From the human T2T-CHM13v2.0 reference genome, Homo sapiens: a stretch of 64,000 nucleotides of DNA. Location of the stretch: the NCBI RefSeq assembly GCF_009914755.1, contig NC_060948.1; one strand, 5' to 3'. The position numbers and the translations under genes were made by a program. Position 1 is the stretch's first letter. The number at the start of each line of letters is the position of its first letter. The notes under the pieces are model-generated. The model did no database searches. It was not told where the DNA came from and saw only the letters and a program-made list of their open reading frames with translations. Positions 10,620 through 24,848 of this stretch are shown here, in pieces.

Positions 10620-13600
10620 AGTGTTATGGAACGGACTCAAAAGGAATTGAATGTAATAGAATGGAGTGGAGTGGACTCGAATATAATGGACTGGAATGGA
10701 ATGAAATCACATGGAATGGGAACGAATGCAATGGAATGGAAAGGAATGGAATCGAATGGAAAGGAATCGAATGGAAGGGAATGAAATTGAATCAACAGGA
10801 ATGGAAGGGAATAGAATAGACGGTAATGGAATGGACTCGAATAGAATGGACACGAATGCTCAAATTGAATGGACTCGAAAGGAATGGAAAGGAAAGGAAT
10901 GTCATCGAATGGAATTGAATCGATTGGAATGAAATCGCATAGAATGGAGTGGAATCAAATGGAATTGAATCGAAAGGAAAGGAAGCGAATGGACTGAAAT
11001 GAAATGGAATGGAATTGAATGGAAATTAATGCAATGGAATAGAATGGAACGAAATTTCACGGAATGGAATCAAACTGAATGGAATCAAATCAATGGAATA
11101 TAATCAAATGGAATGGAAAGGAATTGAATGGAGTAGATTGGATTGGATGGGATTGGAATGAAATGTACTGGAAAGGACTCGAATTTCATGAAACGGAATG
11201 GAATGAATTGGAACGGAATGGACTCGAATGGAATGGAATGTCATGGAATGGCATCAAATGGAATGGCATCAAATGGAATGGAATCGAATGCAATGGAATG
11301 CTATGGAATGGAATGGAATGCATTGGAATGGAATGTCCTCTAATGGAATGGATTCGAGTGGAATGGAATCGAATATAATGGAGTCTAATGAAATGGAATT
11401 GAAAGGAATGGGATCGAATAGAATGGAATATACTGGAATGTAATGTAATGAACTCGAATGTAATTGACTGGAATGGAATGTACATGAATGGAATGTAATC
11501 GAATGGAAAGTAATCCAATGGAATAGAATCTAATGCAATAAAATCGACTCAAATAGAGTAGAATGTAATGGAATGGAGTGCAGTGCAATGGAATGGAATG
11601 GAATGGAATGGAATGCAATGGAATGGAATGGAATGGAATGGAATGGGATGGAATGGTATGGAATGGATAGTAATGGACTGGAGTGAAATGGACTGGAAAG
11701 GAATGGACTCAAATTGAAAGGGCTCGAAAGGAATGGAGTCAAATGGAATGCTCTGGAATGGAATGAACACGAATGTAATGCAATCCAATAGAATGGAATC
11801 GAATGGCATGGAATTTAAAGAAATGGAATCGAAGAGAATGGAAACAAATGGAATGGAATTGAATGGAATGGAATTGAATGGAATGGGAACGAATGGAGTG
11901 AAATTGTATGCAGTAGAAGAGAATAGAATGGAATGCAAGCGAAAGGAAAGGAATGGATTGGAATGGAATGGAATTCATTGGAATGGAAGGGAATGTAGTG
12001 TAATGGACAGGCCTGGAATAAAGTGGAATGCTACGGTCTCGAATGGAATAAAAATGTATGGAATGGAATGCAATGAAACGGAATCGAATGTCATAGAATG
12101 TAATGGAATGCAAAAAATGGAATCCAAAGTCATTGACTGGAAAGGCTGGGTGTCGAAAGGAATTGACTCCAATGGAATGGAATCGAATGGAATGGAAGTG
12201 AATAGAATCGAACTAAATCGAATGGAATGGAATTGATAGGAACGGAATGGAAAGGAATGCAATGATTTGGCATGGAATGGAATCGAATGGCATCGAATGG
12301 AATGGAATGGAATGCAATGGAATGGAATGTGTTAGAATGTAATGAACTTTAATGGAATGTACTCGAATGGATTCGACTGGAATGGAATGTTCTGGAAGTG
12401 AATGGACTCCAATGGAATGGATTCAAAAGGAATGGAATCGTACGGAATGGAATCTAATGGAATGGAATTAAATGGAAATGAATCAAATGGAATAGCACGG
12501 AATTGAATTGAATGGAATGGAATGCAATGGAATCTAATGAAACGGAAAGGAAAGGAATGGAATGGAATGGAATGGGCTGGAATGGAAAGGAATCGAAATG
12601 AATGGAATGGAATCGAACTGAAGAGACTGGAATGGAATGCACTGGAATGGAAGGAAGTGTAATGGAAGGTTCTCGAAAAAAATGGAATCGAATGGAATGG
12701 AATTGAATGGAACGGAATAGAGTCGAATGGAATTGAATGGAATGGAATGGACTAGAGTGAAATGGAATAGAACCACAAGGAATGGACAGGAATAGAATGG
12801 TCTCGAATTGAATGGAATCGTATGGAATGGCATCAAACGGAATGGAATGGATAGCCACGGAATGGAATGCACTCGAATGCAATGGAGTCGAACCTAATGG
12901 ACTGGAATAGAATGGACTCGACTGGTACGGACTCCAATGGAATGGAATCGAATGGAAGGGAATCGAATGGAATGGACTCGAAGGGAAAAGACTGCAATGG
13001 AAAGGTCTCGAATGGAATGGAAATTAATGGAATGGAATGGAATCGAATGAAATGGAGTCAAAAGGAATGGAATCGAATGGCAAGAAATCGAATGTAATGG
13101 AATCACAAGGAATTGATGTGAACGGAACGGAATGGAATGGAATCCAAAGTAATGGAATAGAATGGAATGGAATCGAATGGAAAGGACTCGAATGGAAATC
13201 ACTCGAATAGAATGCAATTTAATAAAATAGGATCAAATGTAATGGAATGGAATGGAAAGGAATCGAAACGAAAGGAATGGAGACAGATGGAATGGAATGG
13301 AACAGAGAGCAATGGTATAGAATGGAATGGAATCATCTGGAATGGAATTGAATGGAATGGAATAATATGAAATGGAATGGAATAGAATGGAATGGAATGG
13401 AATGCCCTTGAATTAAATGGACTGGAATGGAATGGCCTCGAACAGAGTGGAATGGAAAGTGTTGAGACAGAATGCAATGGACTCCTTCGGAATGGTGTAG
13501 TATGCAATGCAATCGACTGGCAGGGAATCAAAAGAAATGTAATCGAATGGATTGGACTGGAATGCAATGGACTCGAATAGATTGGAAACGGAATGCAAAG

Positions 13601-14177
13601 GAATGGAATGGAATAGTATGGAATGGAATGGAAAGGAATGGAGTGGAATAGACTAGAGTGGAATGGAATGGACTGGAAAGCAATGGACTGGAATGGAACT
13701 TTCTTGAATGGACTGGAATCAAACGGAATGGAATGCAATGCAATCAAATGGCATGGAATAAAATAGAATGAAAGAGAATCAAATGGAATTGAATCGAATG
13801 GAATCGAATGGATTGGAAAGGAATAGAATGGAATGGAATGGAATTGACTCGAATGGAATGGACTAGAATGGAATGGATTCGAATGGAAGGCAAAGGAATG
13901 GAATCTATTGGAATGGACTGTAATGGAATGGAATGGAAGGGATTGGAATGGACTCGAATGGAATGGACTGCAATAGAAAGGATTCGAATGGAATGAAAAA
14001 CAATTGAATGGAATAGAACAGAATGGAATCAAATCGAATGAAATGGAATGGAATAGAAAGGAAAGGAATGAAATGGAATGGAAAGGATTCGAATGGAATG
14101 CAATCGAATGGAATGGAATCGAACGGAATGGAATAAAATGGAAGAAAACTGGCAAGAAATGGAATCGAAATGAATGG
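10620..14177 (+). repeat. DYZ1 unit 4 (3558 bp), mosaic/transition unit
   Basis: Mixture of left- and main-type diagnostic variants; extra GGCC at 13434-13437. Confidence 0.9.
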
Positions 14178-17100
14178 AGTGTTATGGAACGGACTCAAAA
14201 GGAATTGAATGTAATAGAATGGAGTGGAGTGGACTCGAATATAATGGACTGGAATGGAATGAAATCACATGGAATGGGAACGAATGGAATGGAATGGAAA
14301 GGAATGGAATCGAATGGAAAGGAATCGAATGGAAGGGAATGAAATTGAATCAACAGGAATGGAAGGGAATAGAATAGACGGTAATGGAATGGACTCGAAT
14401 AGAATGGACACGAATGCTCAAATTGAATGGACTCGAATGGAATGGAAACGAAAGGAATGTCATCGAATGGAATTGAATCGATTGGAATTAAATCGCAAGA
14501 ATGGAGTGGAATCAAATGAAATTGAATCGAAAGGAAAGGAAGCGAATGGACTGAAATGAAATGGAATGGAATTGAATGGAAAGTAATGCAATGGAATAGA
14601 ATGGAACGAAATTTCACGGAATGGAATCAAACTGAAAGGAATCAAATCAATGGAATCTAATCAAATGGAATGGAAAGGAATTGAATGGAGTAGATTGGAT
14701 TGGATGGGATTGGAGTGAAATGTACTGGAAAGGACTCGAATTTCATGAAACGGAATGGAATGAATTGGAACGGAATGGACTCGAATGGAATGGAATGTCA
14801 TGGAATGGCATCAAATGGAATGGCATCAAATGGAATGGAATCGAATGCAATGGAATGCTATGGAATGGAATGGAATGCATTGGAATGGAATGTCCTCTAA
14901 TGGAATGGATTCGAGTGGAATGGAATCGAATATAATGGAGTCGAATGAAATGGAATTGAAAGGAATGGGATCGAATACAATGGAATATACTGGAATGTAA
15001 TGTAATGAACTCGAATGTAATTGACTGGAATGGAATGTACATGAATGGAATGTAATCGAATGGAAAGTAATCCAATGGAATAGAATCTAATGCAATAAAA
15101 TCGACTCAGATAGAGTAGAATGTAATGGAATGGAGTGCAGTGGAATGGAATGGAATGGAATGGAACGCAATGGAATGGAATGGAATGGAATGGAATGGGA
15201 TGGAATGGTATGGAATGGATAGTAATGGACTGGAGTGAAATGGACTGGAAACGAATGGACTCAAATTGAAAGGGCTCGAAAGGAATGGAGTCAAATGGAA
15301 TGGTCTGGAATGGAATGAACACGAATGTAATGCAATCCAATAGAATGGAATCGAATGGCATGGAATATAAAGAAATGGAATCGAAGAGAATGGAAACAAA
15401 TGGAATGGAATTGAATGGAATGGAATTGAATGGAATGGGAACGAATGGAGTGAAATTGTATGCAGTAGAAGAGAATAGAATGGAATGCAAGCGAAAGGAA
15501 AGGAATGGATTAGAATGGAATGGAATTCATTGGAATGGAAGGGAATGTAGTGTAATGGACAGGCCTGGAATAAAGTGGAATGCTACGGTCTCGAATGGAA
15601 TAAAAATGTATGGAATGGAATGCAATGAAATGGAATCGAATGTCATAGAATGTAATGGAATGCAAAAAAATGGAATCCAAAATCATTGACTGGAAAGGCT
15701 GGGTGTCGAAAGGAATTGACTCCAATGGAATGGAATCGAATGGAATGGAAGTGAATAGAATCGAACTAAATCGAATGGAATGGAATTGATAGGAACGGAA
15801 TGGAAAGGAATGCAATGATTTGGCATGGAATGGAATCGAATGGCATCGAATGGAATGGAATGGAATGCAACGGAATGGAATGTATTAGAATGTAATGAAC
15901 TTTAATGGAATGTACTCGAATGGATTCGACTGGAATGGAATGTTCTGGAAGTGAATGGACTCCAATGGAATGGATTCAAAAGGAATGCAATCGTACGGAA
16001 TGGAATCTAATGGAATGGAATTAAATGGAAATGAATCAAATTGAATAGCACGGAATTGAATTGAATGGAATGGAATGCAATGGAATCTAATGAAACGGAA
16101 AGGAAAGGAATGGAATGGAATGGAATGGGCTGGAATGGAAAGGAATCGAAACGAATGGAATGGAATCGAACTGAAGAGACTGGAATGGAATGCACTGGAA
16201 TGGAAGGGAGTGTAATGGAAGGTTCTCGAAAAAAATGGAATGGAATGGAATGGAATTGAATGGAACGGAATAGAGTCGAATGGAATTGAATGGAATGGAA
16301 TGGACTAGAGTGAAATGGAATCGAACCACAAGGAATGGACAGGAATAGAATGGTCTCGAATTGAATGGAATCGTATGGAATGGCATCAAACGGAATGGAA
16401 TGGACAGCCACGGAATGGAATGCACTCGAATGCAATGGAGTCGAAACTAATGGACTGGAATAGAATGGATTCGACTGGTACGGACTCCAATGGAATGGAA
16501 TCGAATGGAAGGGAATCGAACGGAATGGACTCGAAGGGAAAAGACTGCAATGGAAAGGTCTCGAATGGAATGGAAATTAATGGAATGGAATGGAATCGAA
16601 TGAAATGGAGTCAAAAGGAATGGAATCGAATGGCAAGAAATCGAATGTAATGGAATCGCAAGGAATTGATGTGAATGGAGCGGAATGGAATGGAATCCAA
16701 AGGAATGGAATCGAATGGAAAGGACTCGAATGGAAATCACTCGAATAGAATGCAATTTAATAAAATAGGATCAAATGTAATGGAATGGAATGGAAAGGAA
16801 TCGAAACGAAAGGAATGGAGACAGATGGAATGGAATGGAACAGAGAGAAATGGTATAGAATGGAATGGAATCATCTGGAATGGAATTGAATGGAATGGAA
16901 TAATATGAAATGGAATGGAATGGAATGGAATGCAATGCCCTTGAATTAAATGGACTGGAATGGAATGGACTCGAACAGAGTGGAATGGAAAGTGTTGAGA
17001 TAGAATGGAATGGACTCCTTTGGAATGGTGTAGTATGCAATGCAATCGACTGGCAGGGAATCAAAAGGAATGTAATGGAATGGATTGGACTGGAATGCAA

Positions 17101-17720
17101 TGGACTCGAATAGATTGGAAACGGAATGCAAAGGAATGGAATGGAATAGGATGGAATGGAATGGAAAGGAATGGAGTGGAATAGACTAGAGTGGAATGGA
17201 ATGGACTGGAAAGCAATGGACTGGAATGGAACTTTCTTGAATGGACTGGAATCAAACGGAATAGAATGCAATGCAATCAAATGGCATGGAATAAAATAGA
17301 ATGAGAGAGAATCAAATGGAATTGAATCGAATGGAATCGAATGGATTGGAAAGGAATAGAATGGAATGGAATGGAATTGACTCAAACGGAATGGATTCGA
17401 ATGGAATGGATTCGAATGGAAGGCGAAGGAATGGAATCTATTGGAATGGACTGTAATGGAATGGAATGGAATGGAATGGAAACGATTGGAATGGACTCGA
17501 ATGGAATGGACTGCAATAGAAAGGATTCGAATGGAATTAAAAAGAATTGAATGGAATAGAACAGAATGGAATCAAATCGAATGAAATGGAATGGAATAGA
17601 AAGGAATGGAATGAAATGGAATGGAAAGGATTCGAATGGAATGCAATCGAATGGAATGGAATCGAACAGAATGGAATAAAATGGAAGAAAACTGGCAAGA
17701 AATGGAATCGAAATGAATGG
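14178..17720 (+). repeat. DYZ1 unit 5 (3543 bp)
   Basis: Landmark spacing; -1 bp (CGCAAGAAT, ~14497), -15 bp (~16705), +10 bp (~17465). Confidence 0.9.
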
Positions 17721-20700
17721 AGTGTTATGGAACGGACTCAAAAGGAATTGAATGTAATAGAATGGAGTGGAGTGGACTCGAATATAATGGACTGGAATGG
17801 AATGAAATCACATGGAATGGGAACGAATGGAATGGAATGGAAAGGAATGGAATCGAATGGAAAGGAATCGAATGGAAGGGAATGAAATTGAATCAACAGG
17901 AATGGAAGGGAATAGAATAGACGGTAATGGAATGGACTCGAATAGAATGGACACGAATGCTCAAATTGAATGGACTCGAATGGAATGGAAACGAAAGGAA
18001 TGTCATCGAATGGAATTGAATCGATTGGAATGAAATCGCATAGAATGGAGTGGAATCAAATGGAATTGAATCGAAAGGAAAGGAAGCCAATGGACTGAAA
18101 TGAAATGGAATGGAATTGAATGGAAAGTAATGCAATGGAATAGAATGGAAGGAAATTTCACGGAATGGAATCAAACTGAATGGAATCAAATCAATGGAAT
18201 CTAATCAAATGGAATGGAAAGGAATTGAATGGAGTAGATTGGATTGGATGGGATTGGAATGAAATGTACTGGAAAGGACTCGAATTTCATGAAACGGAAT
18301 GGAATGAATTGGAACGGAATGGACTCGAATGGAATGGAATGTCATGGAATGGCATCAAATGGAATGGCATCAAATGGAATGGAATCGAATGCAATGGAAT
18401 GCTATGGAATGGAATGGAATGCATTGGAATGGAATGTCCTCTAATGGAATGGATTCGAGTGGAATGGAATCGAATATAATGGAGTCGAATGAAATGGAAT
18501 TGAAAGGAATGGGATCGAATACAATGGAATATACTGGAATGAAATGTAATGAACTCGAATGTAATTGACTGGAATGGAATGTACATGAATGGAATGTAAT
18601 CGAATGGAAAGTAATCCAATGGAATAGAATCTAATGCAATAAAATCGACTCAGATAGAGTAGAATGTAATGGAATGGAGTGCAGTGCAATGGAATGGAAT
18701 GGAATAGAATGCAATGGAATGGAATGGAATGGAATGGAATGCAATGGAATGGAATGGAATGGAATGGGATGGAATGGTATGGAATGGATAGTAATGGACT
18801 GGAGTGAAATGGACTGGAAAGGAATGGACTCAAATTGAAAGGGCTCGAAAGGAATGGAGTCAAATGGAATGGTCTGGAATGGAATGAACACGAATGTAAT
18901 GCAATCCAATAGAATGGAATCGAATGGCATGGAATATAAAGAAATGGAATCAAAGAGAATGGAAACAAATGGAATGGAATTGAATGGAATGGAATTGAAT
19001 GGAATGGGAACGAATGGAGTGAAATTGTATGCAGTAGAAGGGAATAGAATGGAATGCAAGCGAAAGGAAAGGAATGGATTGGAATGGAATGGAATTCATT
19101 GGAATGGAAGGGAATGTAGTGTAATGGACAGGCCTGGAATAAAGTGGAATGCTACGGTCTCGAATGGAATAAAAATGTATGGAATGGAATGCAATGAAAC
19201 GGAATCGAATGTCATAGAATGTAATGGAATGCAAAAAAATGGAATCCAAAATCATTGACTGGAAAGGCTGGGTGTCGAAAGGAATTGACTCCAATGGAAT
19301 GGAATCGAATGGAATGGAAGTGAATAGAATCGAACTAAATCGAATGGAATGGAATTGATAGGAACGGAATGGAAAGGAATGCAATGATTTGGCATGGAAT
19401 GGAATCGAATGGCATCGAATGGAATGGAATGGAATGCAATGGAATGGAATGTATTAGAATGTAATGAACTTTAATGGAATGTACTCGAATGGATTCGACT
19501 GGAATGGAATGTTCTGGAAGTGAATGGACTCCAATGGAATGGATTCAAAAGGAATGGAATCGTACGGAATGGAATCTAATGGAATGGAATTAAATGGAAA
19601 TGAATCAAATTGAATAGCACGGAATTGAATTGAATGGAATGGAATGCAATGGAATCTAATGAAACGGAAAGGAAAGGAATGGAATGGAATGGAATGGGCT
19701 GGAATGGAAAGGAATCGAAACGAATGGAATGGAATCGAACTGAAGAGACTGGAATGGAATGCACTGGAATGGAAGGGAGTGTAATGGAAGGTTCTCGAAA
19801 GAAATGGAATGGAATGGAATGGAATGGAATGGAACGGAATAGAGTCGAATGGAATTGAATGGAATGGAATGGACTAGAGTGAAATGGAATCGAACCACAA
19901 GGAATGGACAGGAATAGAATGGTCTCGAATTGAATGGAATCGTATGGAATGGCATCAAACGGAATGGAATGGACAGCCACGGAATGGAATGCACTCGAAT
20001 GCAATGGAGTCGAAACTAATGGACTGGAATAGAATGGACTCGACTGGTACGGACTCCAATGGAATGGAATCGAATGGAAGGGAATCGAACGGAATGGACT
20101 CGAAGGGAAAAGACTGCAATGGAAAGGTCTCGAATGGAATGGAAATTAATGGAATGGAATGGAATCGAATGAAATGGAGTCAAAAGGAATGGAATCGAAT
20201 GGCAAGAAATCGAATGTAATGGAATCGCAAGGAATTGATGTGAACGGAACGGAATGGAATGGAATCCAAAGGAATGGAATAGAATGGAATGGAATCGAAT
20301 GGAAAGGACTCGAATGGAAATCACTCGAATAGAATGCAATTTAATAAAATAGGATCAAATGTAATGGAATGGAATGGAAAGGAATCGAAACGAAAGGAAT
20401 GGAGACAGATGGAATGGAATGGAACAGAGAGCAATGGTATAGAATGGAATGGAATCATCTGGAATGGAATTGAATGGAATGGACTAATATGAAATGGAAT
20501 GGAATGGAATGGAATGGAATGCCCTTGAATTAAATGGACTGGAATGGAATGGACTCGAACAGAGTGGAATGGAAAGTGTTGAGATAGAATTGAATGGACT
20601 CCTTTGGAATGGAGTAGTATGCAATGCAATCGACTGGCAGGGAATCAAAAGGAATGTAATCGAATGGATTGGACTGGAATGCAATGGACTCGAATAGATT

Positions 20701-21294
20701 GGAAACGGAATGCAAAGGAATGGAATGGAATAGTATGGAATGGAATGGAAAGGAATGGAGTGGAATAGACTAGAGTGGAATGGAATGGACTGGAAAGCAA
20801 TGGACTGGAATGGAACTTTCTTGAATGGACTGGAATCAAACGGAATGGAATGCAATGCAATCAAATGGCATGGAATAAAATAGAATGAAAGAGAATCAAA
20901 TGGAATTGAATCGAATGGAATCGAATGGATTGGAAAGGAATAGAATGGAATGGAATGGAATTGACTCAAATGGAATGGACTAGAATGGAATGGATTCGAA
21001 TGGAAGGCAAAGGAATGGAATCTATTGGAATGGACTGTAATGGAATGGAATGGAAAGGATTGGAATGGACTCGAATGGAATGGACTGCAATAGAAAGGAT
21101 TCGAATGGAATGAAAAAGAATTGAATGGAATAGAACAGAATGGAATCAAATCGAATGAAATGGAATGGAATAGAAAGGAATGGAATGAAATGGAATGGAA
21201 AGGATTCGAATGGAATGCAATCGAATGGAATGGAATCGAACGGAATGGAATAAAATGGAAGAAAACTGGCAAGAAATGGAATCGAAATGAATGG
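17721..21294 (+). repeat. DYZ1 unit 6 (3574 bp)
   Basis: Landmark spacing; 95-bp variable tract. Confidence 0.9.
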
Positions 21295-24200
21295 AGTGTT
21301 ATGGAACGGACTCAAAAGGAATTGAATGTAATAGAATGGAGTGGAGTGGACTCGAATATAATGGACTGGAATGGAATGAAATCACATGGAATGGGAACGA
21401 ATGGAATGGAATGGAAAGGAATGGAATCGAATGGAAAGGAATCGAATGGAAGGGAATGAAATTGAATCAACAGGAATGGAAGGGAATAGAATAGACGGTA
21501 ATGGAATGGACTCGAATAGAATGGACACGAATGCTCAAATTGAATGGACTCGAATGGAATGGAAACGAAAGGAATGTCATCGAATGGAATTGAATCGATT
21601 GGAATGAAATCGCATAGAATGGAGTGGAATCAAATGGAATTGAATCGAAAGGAAAGGAAGCGAATGGACTGAAATGAAATGGAATGGAATTGAATGGAAA
21701 GTCATGCAATGGAATAGAATGGAACGAAATTTCACGGAATGGAATCAAACTGAATGGAATCAAATCAATGGAATCAAATCAAATGGAATGGAAAGGAATT
21801 GAATGCAGTAGATTGGATTGGATGGGATTGGAATGAAATGTACTGGAAAGGACTCGAATTTCATGAAACGGAATGGAATGAATTGGAACGGAATGGACTC
21901 GAATGGAATGGAATGTCATGGAATGGCATCAAATGGAATGGCATCAAATGGAATGGAATCGAATGCAATGGAATGCTATTTAATGGAATGGAATGCATTG
22001 GAATGGAATGTCCTCTAATGGAATGGATTCGAGTGGAATGGAATCGAATATAATGGAGTCGAATGAAATGGAATTGAAAGGAATGGGACCGAATACAATG
22101 GAATATACTGCAATGTAATGTAATGAACTGGAATGTAATTGACTGGAATGGAATGTACATGAATGGAATGTAATCGAATGGAAAGTAATCCAATGGAATA
22201 GAATCTAATGCAATAAAATCGACTCAGATAGAGTAGAATGTAATGGAATGGAGTGCAGTGCAATGGAATGGAATGAAATGGAATGCAATGGAATGGAATG
22301 GAATGCAATGGAATGGAATGGAATGGAATGGAATGGGATGGAATGCTATGGAATGTATAGTAATGGACTGGAGTGAAATGGACTGGAAAGGAATGGACTC
22401 AAATTGAAAGGGCTCGAAAGGAATGGAGTCAAATGGAATGGTCTGGAATGGAATGAACACGAATGTAATGCAATCCAATAGAATGGAATCGAATGGCATG
22501 GAATATAAAGAAATGGAATCGAAGAGAATGGAAACAAATGGAATGGAATTGAATGGAATGGGAACGAATGGAGTGAAATTGTATGCAGTAGAAGGGAATA
22601 GAATGGAATGCAAGCGAAAGGAAAGGAATGGATTGGAATGGAATGGAATTCATTGGAATGGAAGGGAATGTAGTGTAATGGACAGGCCTGGAATAAAGTG
22701 GAATGCTACGGTCTCGAATGGAATAAAAATGTATGGAATGGAATGCAATGAAACGGAATCGAATGTCATAGAATGTAATGGAATGCAAAAAAATGGAATC
22801 CAAAATCATTGACTGGAAAGGCTGGGTGTCGAAAGGAATTGACTCCAATGGAATGGAATCGAATGGAATGGAAGTGAATAGAATCGAACTAAATCGAATG
22901 GAATGGAATTGATAGGAATGGAATGGAAAGGAATGCAATGATTTGGCATGGAATGGAATCGAATGGCATCGAATGGAATGGAATGGAATGCAATGGAATG
23001 GAATGTATTAGAATGTAATGAACTTTAATGGAATGTACTCGAATGGATTCGACTGGAATGGAATGTTCTGGAAGTGAATGGACTCCAATGGAATGGATTC
23101 AAAAGGAATGGAATCGTACGGAATCGAAACTAATGGAATGGAATTAAATGGAAATGAATCAAATTGAATAGCACGGAATTGAATTCAATGGAATCGAATG
23201 CAATGGAATCTAATGAAACGGAAAGGAAAGGAATGGAATGGAATGGAATGGGCTGGAATGGAAAGGAATCGAAACGAATGGAATGGAATCGAACTGAAGA
23301 GACTGGAATGGAATGCACTGGAATGGAAGGGAGTGTAATGGAAGGTTCTCGAAAAAAATGGAATCGAATGGAATGCAATTGAATGGAACGGAATAGAGTC
23401 GAATGGAATTGAATGGAATGGAATGGACTAGAGTGAAATGGAATCGAACCACAAGGAATGGACAGGAATAGAATGGTCTCGAATTGAATTTAATCGTATG
23501 GAATGGCATCAAACGGAATGGAATGGACAGCCACGGAATGGAATGCACTCGAATGCAATGGAGTCGAAACTAATGGACTGGAATAGAATGGACTCGACTG
23601 GTACGGACTCCAATGGAATGGAATCGAATGGAAGGGAATCGATCGGAATGGACTCGAAGGGAAAAGACTGCAATGGAAAGGTCTCGAATGGAATGGAAAT
23701 TAATGGAATGGAATGGAATCGAATGAAATGGAGTCAAAAGGAATGCAATCGAATGGCAAGAAATCGAATGTAATGGAATCGCAAGGAATTGATGTGAACG
23801 GAACGGAATGGAATGGAATCCAAAGGAATGGAATAGAATGGAATGGAATCGAATGGAAAGGACTCAAATGGAAATCACTCGAATAGAATGCAATTTAATA
23901 AAATAGGATCAAATGTAATGGAATGGAATGGAAAGGAATCGAAACGAAAGGAATGGAGACAGATGGAATGGAATGGAACAGAGAGCAATGGTATAGAATG
24001 GAATGGAATCATCTGGAATGGAATTGAATGGAATGGAATAATATGAAATGGAATGGAATGGAATGGAATGGAATGCCCTTGAATTAAATGGACTGGAATG
24101 GAATGGACTCGAACAGAGTGGAATGGAAAGTGTTGAGATAGAATCGAATGGACTCCTTCGGAATGGTCTAGTATGCAATGCAATCGACTGGCAGGGAATC

Positions 24201-24848
24201 AAAAGGAATGTAATCGAATGGATTGGACTGGAATGCAATGGACTCGAATAGATTGGAAACGGAATGCAAAGGAATGGAATGGAATAGTATGGAATGGAAT
24301 GGAAAGGAATGGAGTGGAATAGATTAGAGTGGAATGGAATGGACTGGAAAGCAATGGACTGGAATGGAACTTTCTTGAATGGACTGGAATCAAACGGAAT
24401 GGAATGCAATGCAATCAAATGGCATGGAATAAAATAGAATGAAAGAGAATCAAATGGAATTGAATCGAATGGAATCGAATGGATTGGAAAGGAATAGAAT
24501 GGAATGGAATGGAATTGACTCAAATGGAATGGACTAGAATGGAATGGATTCGAATGGAAGGCAAAGGAATGGAATCTATTGGAAGGGACTGTAATGGAAT
24601 GGAATGGAAGGGATTGGAATGGACTCGAATGGAATGGACTGCAATAAAAAGGATTCGAATGGAATGAAAAAGAATTGAATGGAATAGAACAGAATGGAAT
24701 CAAATCGAATGAAATGGAATGGAATAGAAAGGAATGGAATGAAATGGAATGGAAAGGATTCGAATGGAATGCAATCGAATGGAATGGAATCGAACGGAAT
24801 GGAATAAAATGGAAGAAAACTGGCAAGAAATGGAATCGAAATGAATGG
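21295..24848 (+). repeat. DYZ1 unit 7 (3554 bp)
   Basis: Landmark spacing; 15-bp deletion at ~22550; extra EcoRI site at 23181. Confidence 0.9.
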
